Part shown: positions 22,240 through 30,988 of the stretch, piece after piece | Layout: every line of letters begins with the position of its first letter | Position numbering within the stretch: the stretch's first letter is position 1 | From: an uncultured Candidatus Saccharibacteria bacterium | GTDB taxonomy: Bacteria; Patescibacteriota; Minisyncoccia; UBA6257; WO2-44-18 | DNA: 46,171 nucleotides | Reading direction: 5' to 3' | NCBI GenBank assembly: GCA_964545345.1 | Contig: CAZJFE010000002.1 | Location: forward strand, 1 to 46,171 | Program-made: the position numbers and the translations under genes | The notes under the pieces: generated by a model | The model's database searches: none | Told to the model about the DNA's origin: nothing | The model's input: only the letters and a program-made list of their open reading frames with translations

Positions 22240-24438
22240 ATGAACGCCCAGGCCTTGAAGAATTATTATGTTTGGGGCATTAAAGCCCTGATGTTTGTGA
22301 TTCCATTTCTTTCATTTTGGATTTCTAAATCCATGTTTTTCCCTTATATCTCCGGGAGAAATTTTGCTTTTCGGATTTTGGTAGAAATCGCTTTCGCTCT
22401 TTGGCTTGGTCTGATCTTTCTCAACAAAGAATACCGACCCAAGCTCACTCCTATTGTTTTGGCAATTTTGGCCTTTGTGGCGGTCATCGGGTTAGCGGAC
22501 TTGCTCGGCGTTGATCCTTACCATAGCTTCTGGTCTCGACTGGAGCGCATGGAGGGGTATATGATGGTTTTGCATCTCGCGGCCTACTTCTTAGTTTTAA
22601 CCAGCGTTTTTCGCACGAAAAAGGAGTGGCTGCAATTTTTTAATTTATTTGTAGTAGCCGGAATTTTAGTGGGAGCTTATGGAGTTTTGCAGGTGTTTGG
22701 ATTAAAAGAAGCAATCCAGGGAGGAAATTTTCGTATTGATGGAACCATCGGCAATCCGACCTATTTGGCCGCCTATCTGACGCTGGTTATTACTTTGGCG
22801 TTGGTCTTGATGGCTAATGTTGCCAACCGAGCCGCGAAATATTTCTACGGGGTGGTGATTGCTTTCAATTTGATTATCATGTTTTTTACCGCTACCCGAG
22901 GCGTTACCTTGGCTTTGGTATTGGCTGTTCCCTTATTCCTTGTCCTCTATTTAATTTTTGACCGCACTCAGGGCGAGCAGAGACTTAGAAAAATAATTTT
23001 GTGGGTGTTGGTAGCGGCAGTATTGCTGCCGGTTGGGTTGTGGCTCATCCGCGGTACTGATTTAGTGCAAAACAATCAGGTTTTGTCTCGTCTGACCTCC
23101 ATTTCTTTGGGGGAGCGGACTATTAAATCCCGATTCGCGATCTGGGGCCTAGGTCTGCAGGCGTTCAAAGAGCGGCCGATTTTAGGATGGGGGCAGGAAA
23201 ATTTTCTTTATGCCTTTTCCAAATATTACAATCCTAAGCTTTATGATCAGGAGCCATGGTTTGATCGGCCTCACAACATCCTGTTTGAGTGGTTACTCAA
23301 CGGCGGAATCTTGGGACTGCTATCTTATTTATCTTTATTCGGCGCTTTGATTTGGTGCTTGATTATTCTGGGTAGGAATAAGCTTCTTAGCATTAAGGAA
23401 ACTTTGATTTTGGCAGTGGCGGCGTTTGCCTATCTTTTTCAAAACCTTTTTGTGTTTGATAATTTTAATACCTACGTCATCTTTTTCGCTTTGCTGGCTT
23501 ATGTCAACCGGATGTCTGAGGGGGTATTCCCGGATGGGCTAATCAAAGTTAGAGATTTCTATTTCCCCGAGAACCCAAAAATTTCCAAAATTTTTTTCGC
23601 GGCGAGCTTGGTGCCGGTCGCTTTCATAATTTATTTCGCTAGCGTCCGCCCTATCGTGCAAAGTCGGGGGATTATCGCTGCCCTTCAAGCCACCACTAGC
23701 CAAACCGATCCTATCAACAAAACATTGGGAGAATTCCATAAAGCCCTGGAGTTGAACACTTTTGCTAACACGGAAACCCTGGAACAGCTTGCCAGAGTCG
23801 CCGGATTGTTAATCGGCAATGGTAGTTATCCGCTGGACGCCAAGAAAAATTTTATTGAGTACACTACTGAGAAAATTGAAGATTTTTTGGAAAAACATAA
23901 TCAGCAGATTCGCCTCCATTTGATGGCCGCGAATTTGTATCAATCAGCGCGGTCGTATGACCCGTCATATTTCGGCAAGGCCCGCTATCATTTGGAGTTC
24001 GCTAGAAGCTTAAGTCCAAACAAACAACAGATTTTATTCTTGCTCGCGGATAATTATTTACTAACCAATGAAATTGATAAAGCTTTGGAAGCGCTGAAAA
24101 CAGCGGTTGATTTGGAGCCGAGCTACAGAGACGCGCAATTAAACTACGCCACGTTGGCGATCTTTATGCAGAAAAACGACATCGTTCAGCAGGTGGTGAA
24201 AAATCTTAACGACATTCGCTTGAATTCAGTAGACACCAAGCTTCCGCACGCTCCCTTGTGGAATTTTATCAATGATTTGAAGCGATTATTTGATGTTTAT
24301 ATGCGCGCCGGTCAGCCACAAAATGCTCGAGCTATCTACGATTACACGCTAAAGTTGAAGACCGACGTTGAGCAGTATGGTATTGAGATTTCGTACGGAA
24401 CTGTAGTGAAAGCGATGCAGGACACCCTCCGAGAATAG
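22240..24438 (+). CDS. O-antigen ligase/Wzy_C-domain membrane protein fused to C-terminal TPR repeats (candidate oligosaccharyltransferase/ligase)
   Basis: About 12 TM segments, GNPTYLAAYL and RPHNILFEWLLNGGILG motifs, and a TPR-like C-terminal 250 aa. Confidence 0.75.
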   Translation: MNAQALKNYYVWGIKALMFVIPFLSFWISKSMFFPYISGRNFAFRILVEIAFALWLGLIFLNKEYRPKLTPIVLAILAFVAVIGLADLLGVDPYHSFWSRLERMEGYMMVLHLAAYFLVLTSVFRTKKEWLQFFNLFVVAGILVGAYGVLQVFGLKEAIQGGNFRIDGTIGNPTYLAAYLTLVITLALVLMANVANRAAKYFYGVVIAFNLIIMFFTATRGVTLALVLAVPLFLVLYLIFDRTQGEQRLRKIILWVLVAAVLLPVGLWLIRGTDLVQNNQVLSRLTSISLGERTIKSRFAIWGLGLQAFKERPILGWGQENFLYAFSKYYNPKLYDQEPWFDRPHNILFEWLLNGGILGLLSYLSLFGALIWCLIILGRNKLLSIKETLILAVAAFAYLFQNLFVFDNFNTYVIFFALLAYVNRMSEGVFPDGLIKVRDFYFPENPKISKIFFAASLVPVAFIIYFASVRPIVQSRGIIAALQATTSQTDPINKTLGEFHKALELNTFANTETLEQLARVAGLLIGNGSYPLDAKKNFIEYTTEKIEDFLEKHNQQIRLHLMAANLYQSARSYDPSYFGKARYHLEFARSLSPNKQQILFLLADNYLLTNEIDKALEALKTAVDLEPSYRDAQLNYATLAIFMQKNDIVQQVVKNLNDIRLNSVDTKLPHAPLWNFINDLKRLFDVYMRAGQPQNARAIYDYTLKLKTDVEQYGIEISYGTVVKAMQDTLRE

Positions 24439-24734
24439 TATTTTCATATTTTCCAATTCAATAGCAGCGAGGTTTTTGCGTAATTCCGAACGAGATTCCG
24501 AGACGTAGCCCCGCGCGAATAGAGATTTTTTCGGGGACCCTTTAGGGCCGGGAAAATATCGTGAAATGAGCGCGTTTCGGCCGTCGAAGGTCGAGAGAGG
24601 AGTTAGGCAAAGGCCGAGCGAATAGTTATCCACAGGGATTATTTGCATTCTTTCTTTGCTCATTTATAATTAAGGTAATTTAAAAACCCGTCGAATTTTA
24701 TTATTAAATAAAAAATAAATTTTTAGTTACCAAA

Positions 24735-25505
24735 ATGTCTAGTTTCAGCTTGAGCGGTCGTCAGTTGTTGTCGGTTTTATTATCGGTCGTAATCTCCGTG
24801 ATGGCCATTTCTTTTATGGCTGACGCGGTTAGCTACATTGATGCGGACAGCATCGGTGTTGCTACTGCAACTCCAGGTGTTGCCTTAGGCGTCAAAGGAG
24901 CGGCTCACGTTGATGGTTTCTTGGTAGTTGATTATATTCGCGCTACTTCTACGACTGCGTCTTCTTTCGGATCTACTTCTCCCGGTGGCTACGTTTTGGC
25001 GGTCGGCGGTTTTGGTTCGGTTAAAGGAAACTGGAACGTTGAAGGCACCTCCACTATTTCTTCCGTGGTTGCCACTTCCACTCTGTCGGTAGGTAGCAGC
25101 TCTCCGGATATGGCCTTTAGCGTGATTGGAGATTCTCTGATCAATGGCGCTTTGGCGTTAGGCGGCTTGTTGGATGTCCAAGGAACTGCGACTTCCACAA
25201 TCGACGGCGGGTTACAGGTTGATTATGATACCTTGGTAGTTGATTCTGCCGCTAACAGTGTTGCTATCGGCACTACAACCACTTCGGGTGCCGAAGATAT
25301 TACTGGCCCAGCTCCGAAATTGATTGTCGGTACAGGCAGCGCTTCTACCACTGTTGCCATTACTGGTGGCGCGGAAGTCGGAGGAGCTTTGCTCTTGAAA
25401 TCGTCTGATGGAGATGGCTGCATTTTGATCAGCCCGAGCCAACTTGAAGCTGACGCTGATGGAACCATTGCTCTTGTTGGCAAGGTGGTTAGCTGCCCAG
25501 AGTAA
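24735..25505 (+). CDS. Secreted/anchored Gly-Ser-Thr-Val-rich repetitive surface protein
   Basis: N-terminal hydrophobic anchor (LLSVLLSVVISVMAISFMA), then low-complexity beta-rich repeats. Confidence 0.6.
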   Translation: MSSFSLSGRQLLSVLLSVVISVMAISFMADAVSYIDADSIGVATATPGVALGVKGAAHVDGFLVVDYIRATSTTASSFGSTSPGGYVLAVGGFGSVKGNWNVEGTSTISSVVATSTLSVGSSSPDMAFSVIGDSLINGALALGGLLDVQGTATSTIDGGLQVDYDTLVVDSAANSVAIGTTTTSGAEDITGPAPKLIVGTGSASTTVAITGGAEVGGALLLKSSDGDGCILISPSQLEADADGTIALVGKVVSCPE

Positions 25506-25522
25506 GGACTTCTTTAATAGTC

Positions 25523-25528
25523 TAAGTT
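25523..25528 (+). promoter_or_regulatory. -10-like box TAAGTT placed 6 nt before ATG 25535 (leaderless layout)
   Basis: No Shine-Dalgarno sequence between the box and the ATG. Confidence 0.35.
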
Positions 25529-25534
25529 AATCTA

Positions 25535-26683
25535 ATGAAAAAAGTTCTAACAACTTTAATAGCTTTAGCTACAATGTCGGGTGTGGCGTTGGCCGCTTAC
25601 AACGATGTCCAATTGTCTACCTCCTCGGCGACAATCCTGCAAGTTACGCTAGATGGTAGTGTCTACAATCTTGGTGTAACCCAGGGCAACGTTGAATCAA
25701 TAAACACCAATGCCGGTAGTCTGACCTTTGTGATGGGTTCAGCTTCCGTTCTCCAGATTACTTCAAGTGATCGGTTGGATTACACGACTTCTTTGGGTGA
25801 TGCAGTTAAAACTTTCACCTGTGGAGCGTCTTCTTCTGATCTCCACATTGAATACTCTGGCAGCGGTACTAACAGCGTAACCGTTACTCCTACCGGAGTC
25901 TGTTCCACTGCTAGCTCTGGTGGCGGAGGCGGTAGTGGAGGTGGCGGAGGGGGTGGATCTTCCCCAAGTCCGTCTCCTAGTCCAACCCCAACCCCAGCGC
26001 CAGCTCCGACTCCGGCTCCAAGTCCGACTCCAGCCCCCGCACCGGTTCCAGCCGTTGCCGTGGTTGCTACGACTCCAGCTGCTGTTAATGCCGCCGCTCC
26101 CGCGCAGTTAGTTTCCCCAGTATTTAACACAAATTTAAGCGTTGGATCCAAGGGAGACGACGTTAAGAGATTACAGCAACTTTTAGCTTCGGATAAAGAA
26201 ATTTATCCCGAAGGTCAGGTTACCGGATATCTTGGTAATTTAACCAAGGCCGCTATTCGAAAATTTCAGCTCAAGTACGGAGTTATCAAGAAAGCGACTG
26301 ACCCCGGAAACGGAAATCTTGGTCCAAAGACCCGAGCTAAAATGAAAGAGGTTTATGGTAGTGGAACAGCGGCTCCCGCCCCTGCTTCCGGCGCCCAAGC
26401 TACTTTGGACGCTCTCAACAAACAGTTGCAAGAGTTGCAAGCGAAAGCCGCTAAACCAACTCCTGCTCCAGTTCCAGCCCCCGCTCCGTCTACATCTGCT
26501 CAACAGGCCCAATTGGATTCTCTGACAAAGATATTGCAGGAGTTGCAAGCAAAAGCCGCGGCGAAACCGGCTCCCGCGCCAGCTCCGACCCCCGCCCCGT
26601 CTTCCAATGCTGCATTGCAATCCCAATTGGATGCCGCGCTGAAAGCGTTGAAGGAACTACAGGCCAAAGCGGCGGCTCAATAG
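25535..26683 (+). CDS. Secreted protein with Gly run, Pro/Ser/Thr/Ala linker, peptidoglycan-binding (PG_binding_1-like) domain and three C-terminal coiled repeats
   Basis: Signal peptide MKKVLTTLIALATMSGVALA, an SPSPSPSPTPTPAPAP linker, and a GDDVKRLQQLL...GYLGNLTKAAIRKFQ domain. Confidence 0.75.
   Translation: MKKVLTTLIALATMSGVALAAYNDVQLSTSSATILQVTLDGSVYNLGVTQGNVESINTNAGSLTFVMGSASVLQITSSDRLDYTTSLGDAVKTFTCGASSSDLHIEYSGSGTNSVTVTPTGVCSTASSGGGGGSGGGGGGGSSPSPSPSPTPTPAPAPTPAPSPTPAPAPVPAVAVVATTPAAVNAAAPAQLVSPVFNTNLSVGSKGDDVKRLQQLLASDKEIYPEGQVTGYLGNLTKAAIRKFQLKYGVIKKATDPGNGNLGPKTRAKMKEVYGSGTAAPAPASGAQATLDALNKQLQELQAKAAKPTPAPVPAPAPSTSAQQAQLDSLTKILQELQAKAAAKPAPAPAPTPAPSSNAALQSQLDAALKALKELQAKAAAQ
26395..26680 (+). 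repeat. Three in-frame tandem repeats (about 108-114 nt) encoding LDxLxKxLQELQAKAA plus a Pro/Ala spacer
   Basis: Repeat starts are near 26399, 26507 and 26621, seen at both the DNA and the protein level. Confidence 0.7.
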
Positions 26684-26691
26684 ATCCGAAT

Positions 26692-26756
26692 AAAATCCCC
26701 CCTTGTCCCTTACATAAGGTTTATGTGAGGGATAGACTACGGGGGGATTTTGTTTT
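26692..26756 (+). terminator. Compound terminator: an 11-bp outer stem (AAAATCCCCCC/GGGGGGATTTT) enclosing a 12-bp REP-like hairpin
   Basis: Outer arms at 26692-26702 and 26741-26751. Inner hairpin TCCCTTACATAA-GGT-TTATGTGAGGGA at 26706-26732. A T-rich tail follows. Confidence 0.7.
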
Positions 26757-26761
26757 ACGAT
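26756..26761 (+). promoter_or_regulatory. -10-like box TACGAT placed 7 nt before the upstream ATG at 26769
   Basis: The spacing is the same as at the other leaderless-layout genes in the window. Confidence 0.3.
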
Positions 26762-26768
26762 TCAGGAA

Positions 26769-26900
26769 ATGAATCCCGTTAGAAACAGCCAAACCTAAAT
26801 AACCATGACAATTAATATGCAAAAATCAGTCGTGAATAAAAAAGTAGTATGTGTGCCACGGGTACGCCCGGCAGGCGCACCCTGCTTCTAACGGGATGAA
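26769..26900 (+). promoter_or_regulatory. Start-codon-masking long-range inverted repeat, copy 2 (12+3 bp stem, about 93-nt loop, mini-ORF MNPVRNSQT*)
   Basis: ATCCCGTTAGAA (26773-26784) pairs with TTCTAACGGGAT (26886-26897), extended by CAG/CTG after one mismatch. The 3' arm ends in the ATG at 26896. ATGAA lies on both flanks. Confidence 0.7.
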
Positions 26901-27597
26901 AGGAGTTATCTTAGCGGGTGGCTTAGGGACTCGGCTTCACCCGGTGACCTTGGAAATGCCCAAGCCATTATTGACCGTTAAGCGGCGGCCGATTTTGAAT
27001 CACTTATTAGATTTGTTTAAGAAACACGGCATTGATCAGCCGACGATTTTGATTAACAAAGGCCACCTTGAAGATTACCAGTGGTGGCAGAGGCGTTATG
27101 AGAAAGAAGTGCCGGCGAATTTGGAATTAGTTGTGGAGCCGGAACCGCTGGGCACTTTCGGTGGATTAAAGATTGTTAAAGAGCGTCTGACGGAACCGTT
27201 TATTTTGTCTAACGGCGATGAGCTAAAGGATTTTGATTTAGGGGCGCTGGTCAAGGCGCACAGAGAAAATCCTACCAAACCGGTGGCGACGATCGCCCTT
27301 GTTGAAGTAGAAAACCCATCCGATTATGGAGTACCGGTTTTAGATGGAGATAAAATAAAAGAATTTTTAGAAAAACCGCAAAATCCGCCGTCCAATTTTA
27401 TTTCTTCCGGCCTCTACGTGGTGGAACCGGAGATTTTTCAATACGCGGATTGGTCAAAAAACTTTCTAATGATTGAAAGGGATATTTTCCCGAAAGTAGC
27501 CGCTGCCGGCAAATTGGCCGGTTACAAAGTTAAAAACGGCAAATGGTATGACTGCGGGACGTTTAGCCGCTGGGAAAAAGCTATTAAAGAGTGGTAG
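26896..27597 (+). CDS. Sugar-1-phosphate nucleotidyltransferase (mannose/glucose-1-phosphate)
   Basis: MKGVILAGGLGTRLHPVTLEMPKPLL signature begins at ATG 26896. The track's start at 26851 adds 15 non-conserved residues. Confidence 0.85.
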   Translation: MKGVILAGGLGTRLHPVTLEMPKPLLTVKRRPILNHLLDLFKKHGIDQPTILINKGHLEDYQWWQRRYEKEVPANLELVVEPEPLGTFGGLKIVKERLTEPFILSNGDELKDFDLGALVKAHRENPTKPVATIALVEVENPSDYGVPVLDGDKIKEFLEKPQNPPSNFISSGLYVVEPEIFQYADWSKNFLMIERDIFPKVAAAGKLAGYKVKNGKWYDCGTFSRWEKAIKEW

Positions 27598-27607
27598 TGT
27601 TTTTTTG

Positions 27608-28930
27608 TTATCTAACCAATCTTGTCAAGAAGCGGAGATAAAATCCGAATTGCGGCCAGATGTGGAGGCGGTGAATAGAATTCATCTTGCGCCAGATCAG
27701 GAAGTTGGTGATCAGTTGTGTGATCAGGGTGGAGATAGCGGCGCCTTCAATGCCCCAGATTGGGATCAGGAGGAAGTTGAGTAATATGTTCCCGACAGCG
27801 GAAACCATCACGAACCAGACAAAACTTTTTTGCGCGTCGAAGGCGAAAATAGCATTACCGATTATGGCGGATGGGTAGACGATTAAGACGGTGAAGATCA
27901 GGATGCGGAAGGTGTTGATAGCCGGGAAATATTCCGGTCCGAATAGGATATTGATAATCGGGCCGGCGAAGATCACTCCCAAAATTACAACCGGGATAGC
28001 GCACAGAATCACTCCGGCAATCGCTTTCTCCAACAGGGCGGCCACTGCCCCGGGAAAGGTTTTGGCCATCCGCGCCATTACCGGGAAAATGCTGGAAGCA
28101 AGAAGAGTTGGGATGATGTATAGAAGCAATACCGGCTTTTGGGCGGCGGAATAAAATCCGACCTCCGCGGCCGAACGCATCCAGCCAACCATAATAATAT
28201 CGGTGTTCAGATTGATTGCTCCCATCAGGCCCATTAAGCCAAATGGCCAGGCGGTCGCCAAGATATCTTTCACGAGCTTTTTATCAAAATTAGAAAAGAT
28301 ATTTCCGAAATATTCTCGTAGGACGAACCAAATCGCCAACAATCCCAATCCGCTACCTATCGCATAGGCGTAAGCCAACGACTGGCTGGTGGGAGTAAAG
28401 GTTAAGAAGATAAATCCCAGAACAACAATGGCTAGGTTGGTGAAGACTCCGATCAAGGATTCTATTTCCATTTTTTCCATCGCCCGACTAATGGCGGATC
28501 CTAGGTCGCGCAGGGTATCAAAGGCGAAGACAAACATCAGAATTGGCATGATAATCGCCGCCTCCGGGATGTTGGTGAGATAGGGCAGCGCAACAGCCAC
28601 TCCGGCGATTAACAGGCCCAGCAAGACTAATTTCGTCCAAAAAGCAGTGGCGATGTATTTATTCCTGAGTTCCGGGTTGCGTGAGGTTTCTTTGGTGATT
28701 AGGGCATTGATTCCGATATCGGAGAAAATGGTTAAAAAGGCCGCCAAACCCAGAGCGTAAGAGAAGGCGCCCCAACTGGCCGCGCCGAGTACTCGGGCGG
28801 CGTAAATTACAATCGCGGCGCGGAACAGGCGTCCGGTAATTTGACCGAAAAATAACCAGAAAGTGTTTTTAGCGATGGTTTGACCGACTGTCCTGTTTTT
28901 CAGCAGGAAGTTAAAAAGAAATTTGAACAT
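27608..28930 (-). CDS. wzx: Polysaccharide flippase (Wzx, MOP superfamily)
   Basis: 440 aa with about 12-14 TM segments and a typical Wzx N-terminus (NTFWLFFGQITGRLFRAAIVIYAARVLG). Confidence 0.75.
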   Translation of the reverse strand: MFKFLFNFLLKNRTVGQTIAKNTFWLFFGQITGRLFRAAIVIYAARVLGAASWGAFSYALGLAAFLTIFSDIGINALITKETSRNPELRNKYIATAFWTKLVLLGLLIAGVAVALPYLTNIPEAAIIMPILMFVFAFDTLRDLGSAISRAMEKMEIESLIGVFTNLAIVVLGFIFLTFTPTSQSLAYAYAIGSGLGLLAIWFVLREYFGNIFSNFDKKLVKDILATAWPFGLMGLMGAINLNTDIIMVGWMRSAAEVGFYSAAQKPVLLLYIIPTLLASSIFPVMARMAKTFPGAVAALLEKAIAGVILCAIPVVILGVIFAGPIINILFGPEYFPAINTFRILIFTVLIVYPSAIIGNAIFAFDAQKSFVWFVMVSAVGNILLNFLLIPIWGIEGAAISTLITQLITNFLIWRKMNSIHRLHIWPQFGFYLRFLTRLVR

Positions 28931-30301
28931 TTACTTGAGGTTAGTGAACAAGTACTTAACCGTGCGAAGAAGAATAATGAAATCCAGGGTAATGGAGCGG
29001 TTTTTCAGGTAATACATGTCATATTGGAGTTTTTCGTAGGCGTCTTCCACCGAAGCTCCATATTTGTAATTTATTTGGGCCCAGCCGGTGATTCCGGGGC
29101 GAACCAACAAGCGTAACTCAAAATATGGAACATCTTTTTTGAGATGGGTGACGAATTCCGGACGCTCGGGGCGCGGACCGACAAAGGACAGATCGCCGCG
29201 GATAATGTTGATCAATTGCGGGATTTCATCCAGGTGACTGCTACGGAGGAATCTTCCGATCAAGGTGGTGCGATCATCGTTCGGCTTCGCCCATTGCGGG
29301 CCATCTTTCTCCGCGTCGGCGCGCATGGTTCGGAATTTATGGATCATGAATTCCTGCTCGTTCCGGCCGCTACGTTTTTGCTGGAAGAGGGCCGGCCCCT
29401 TAGAGGTGATCGCTACCAGCAGTCCTAATAAAGCGGCAATCGGCGATAAGATGATCGCCAACAAGGTTGCTAAAATTACCTCAGTAGGACGCTTGATGAA
29501 TTCATAGACCTTATGACTTTTGGATAAGTTTTCCAGAAACCAGACCTCTTCCAGTTCGGCGAGCGGCAGTTTTTGGAAGACTTTTTCATAAAGTTCCGCC
29601 AAGTCCATCACTTCAATTCCTAAAACCAGGTTTTTGTAGATTAGGCGCGCCGCTTTGGAATTTTTCTTGATATGCGCCGGTACGACAATCAAGTTGATGT
29701 TGTTGGTGAGGATAATTTGGGCGAGATGTTCAAACTCTTTATCTTGCAGGCCTTCTTTCATCCAAAATTTTGTTTCATAGCCAAGTTGGGGGTTTTTGGC
29801 GATGTGGTCGGTTAGGTCTTCAACGGTTTTATTGTAGCCGATCATCAGGATTCGGTTCTCGGGGGCGCCGGAGCTAAGCAGGGTGTTATAGAAAGTGCGC
29901 CAGAAATAGCTGGCCAGGCCGAAGATTAAGAGAGCAGTGAAAAGATTAGTCTTCGGTGTAATGCCTAAGATTGGTAAAAAGTAGAAGAGGAGCGTGGCGA
30001 TTACGCCGTTGAGGATCAACAGCGAGACGAATTTTTTATAAAAATCCAAGTCGTTTTTTAAGCTACGCAAATCGTACAAACCGCCAATGTAAAAACTCAA
30101 TAGCCAGATGAAAAAGATAGCCGTGAACGGCCAAAAATGAAGGTCAATAATCACCCGATTAAGTTCGCCATAGCGAATAAATAGGGTAATTGTCAGAGAT
30201 GCGTATAAAATAAGAACATCTCCTAAAAGGAGAGTGATCTGCTTAAGCTTTACACCTAAGTCCATTGACCTTATATTAGATAAAGTATGGAGGATAGTCA
30301 A
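28931..30301 (-). CDS. Polyprenyl-phosphate sugar-phosphate transferase (WbaP/EpsB-type initiating enzyme)
   Basis: C-terminal bacterial sugar transferase domain (KFRTM...PRPERPEF...PGITGWAQINYKY). The true start may be the internal ATG at 30265, because 30301 overlaps the divergent gene. Confidence 0.85.
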   Translation of the reverse strand: MTILHTLSNIRSMDLGVKLKQITLLLGDVLILYASLTITLFIRYGELNRVIIDLHFWPFTAIFFIWLLSFYIGGLYDLRSLKNDLDFYKKFVSLLILNGVIATLLFYFLPILGITPKTNLFTALLIFGLASYFWRTFYNTLLSSGAPENRILMIGYNKTVEDLTDHIAKNPQLGYETKFWMKEGLQDKEFEHLAQIILTNNINLIVVPAHIKKNSKAARLIYKNLVLGIEVMDLAELYEKVFQKLPLAELEEVWFLENLSKSHKVYEFIKRPTEVILATLLAIILSPIAALLGLLVAITSKGPALFQQKRSGRNEQEFMIHKFRTMRADAEKDGPQWAKPNDDRTTLIGRFLRSSHLDEIPQLINIIRGDLSFVGPRPERPEFVTHLKKDVPYFELRLLVRPGITGWAQINYKYGASVEDAYEKLQYDMYYLKNRSITLDFIILLRTVKYLFTNLK

Positions 30302-30982
30302 AAAGCCCCAAAAGACATTTTATTGCCAGGCAGCATCATTGTGGCCGCTCTTTTGATTTCCGGAGCGCTGGTTTATAACATTGGTTCCCGGTCTTTGGAC
30401 CCGGCGGTGCCTGAGGCCCAAGCTGATGTTACTAAGATGGATCTGGTGGATGACGATGTTATCGTGGGGAGCGCCGACGCGCCGGTTACAATCGTGGAAT
30501 TTGGTGATTACCAGTGTCCGTTTTGCGCGAGATTTTTCACTGACGTTGAGCCGAGGTTGCGGGAGGATTATATCAAGACTGGCAAAGCCCGAATGGTCTA
30601 TCGCGACTTCGCCTTTTTAGGCCCGGAATCGGCTGACGCGGCTATGGCTTCTCAATGCGCGGCTGAGCAAAAAGCATTTTGGAGTTTTCATGATGCCCTG
30701 TTTGCTACCGAAGTCAGAGATGGCGTAGAGCACAATGGCAATCTTAATGAGCAGTTGTTTAAAACTATCGCTTCCGGCCTGAAGCTGGACCGCGCCCTTT
30801 TTGATAACTGCCTTTCTTCCAAGAAATATTTCAAGGAAATTGAAAAAGATTATAACGACGGTATTGCCGCGGGGGTACGGGGAACTCCGGCTACCTTCAT
30901 CAACGGGAAAATGATTTCCGGAGCGGCTAGCTATGATTCCTTTAAGTCCGCGGTTGATGAAGCATTAAAGGCGGTTAAGTAA
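30287..30982 (+). CDS. DsbA-family thiol:disulfide oxidoreductase, membrane-anchored
   Basis: N-terminal TM segment and the thioredoxin-fold motif FGDYQCPFCARF. Confidence 0.8.
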   Translation: MEDSQKAPKDILLPGSIIVAALLISGALVYNIGSRSLDPAVPEAQADVTKMDLVDDDVIVGSADAPVTIVEFGDYQCPFCARFFTDVEPRLREDYIKTGKARMVYRDFAFLGPESADAAMASQCAAEQKAFWSFHDALFATEVRDGVEHNGNLNEQLFKTIASGLKLDRALFDNCLSSKKYFKEIEKDYNDGIAAGVRGTPATFINGKMISGAASYDSFKSAVDEALKAVK

Positions 30983-30988
30983 CAACGG

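Noticed and set aside
24349-24663. 104-aa minus-strand ORF
   Set aside because: It overlaps the 3' end of the convergent ligase/TPR gene by 90 nt and has no Shine-Dalgarno sequence, promoter layout or recognisable motif. It is kept only as a possibility under the gap finding.
30265-30301. Apparent 15-nt head-to-head overlap of the sugar transferase (minus strand) and the DsbA-like gene (plus strand)
   Set aside because: This is probably a start-codon artefact. The internal ATG at 30265 (MDLGVKLKQ...) removes the overlap without touching conserved regions.
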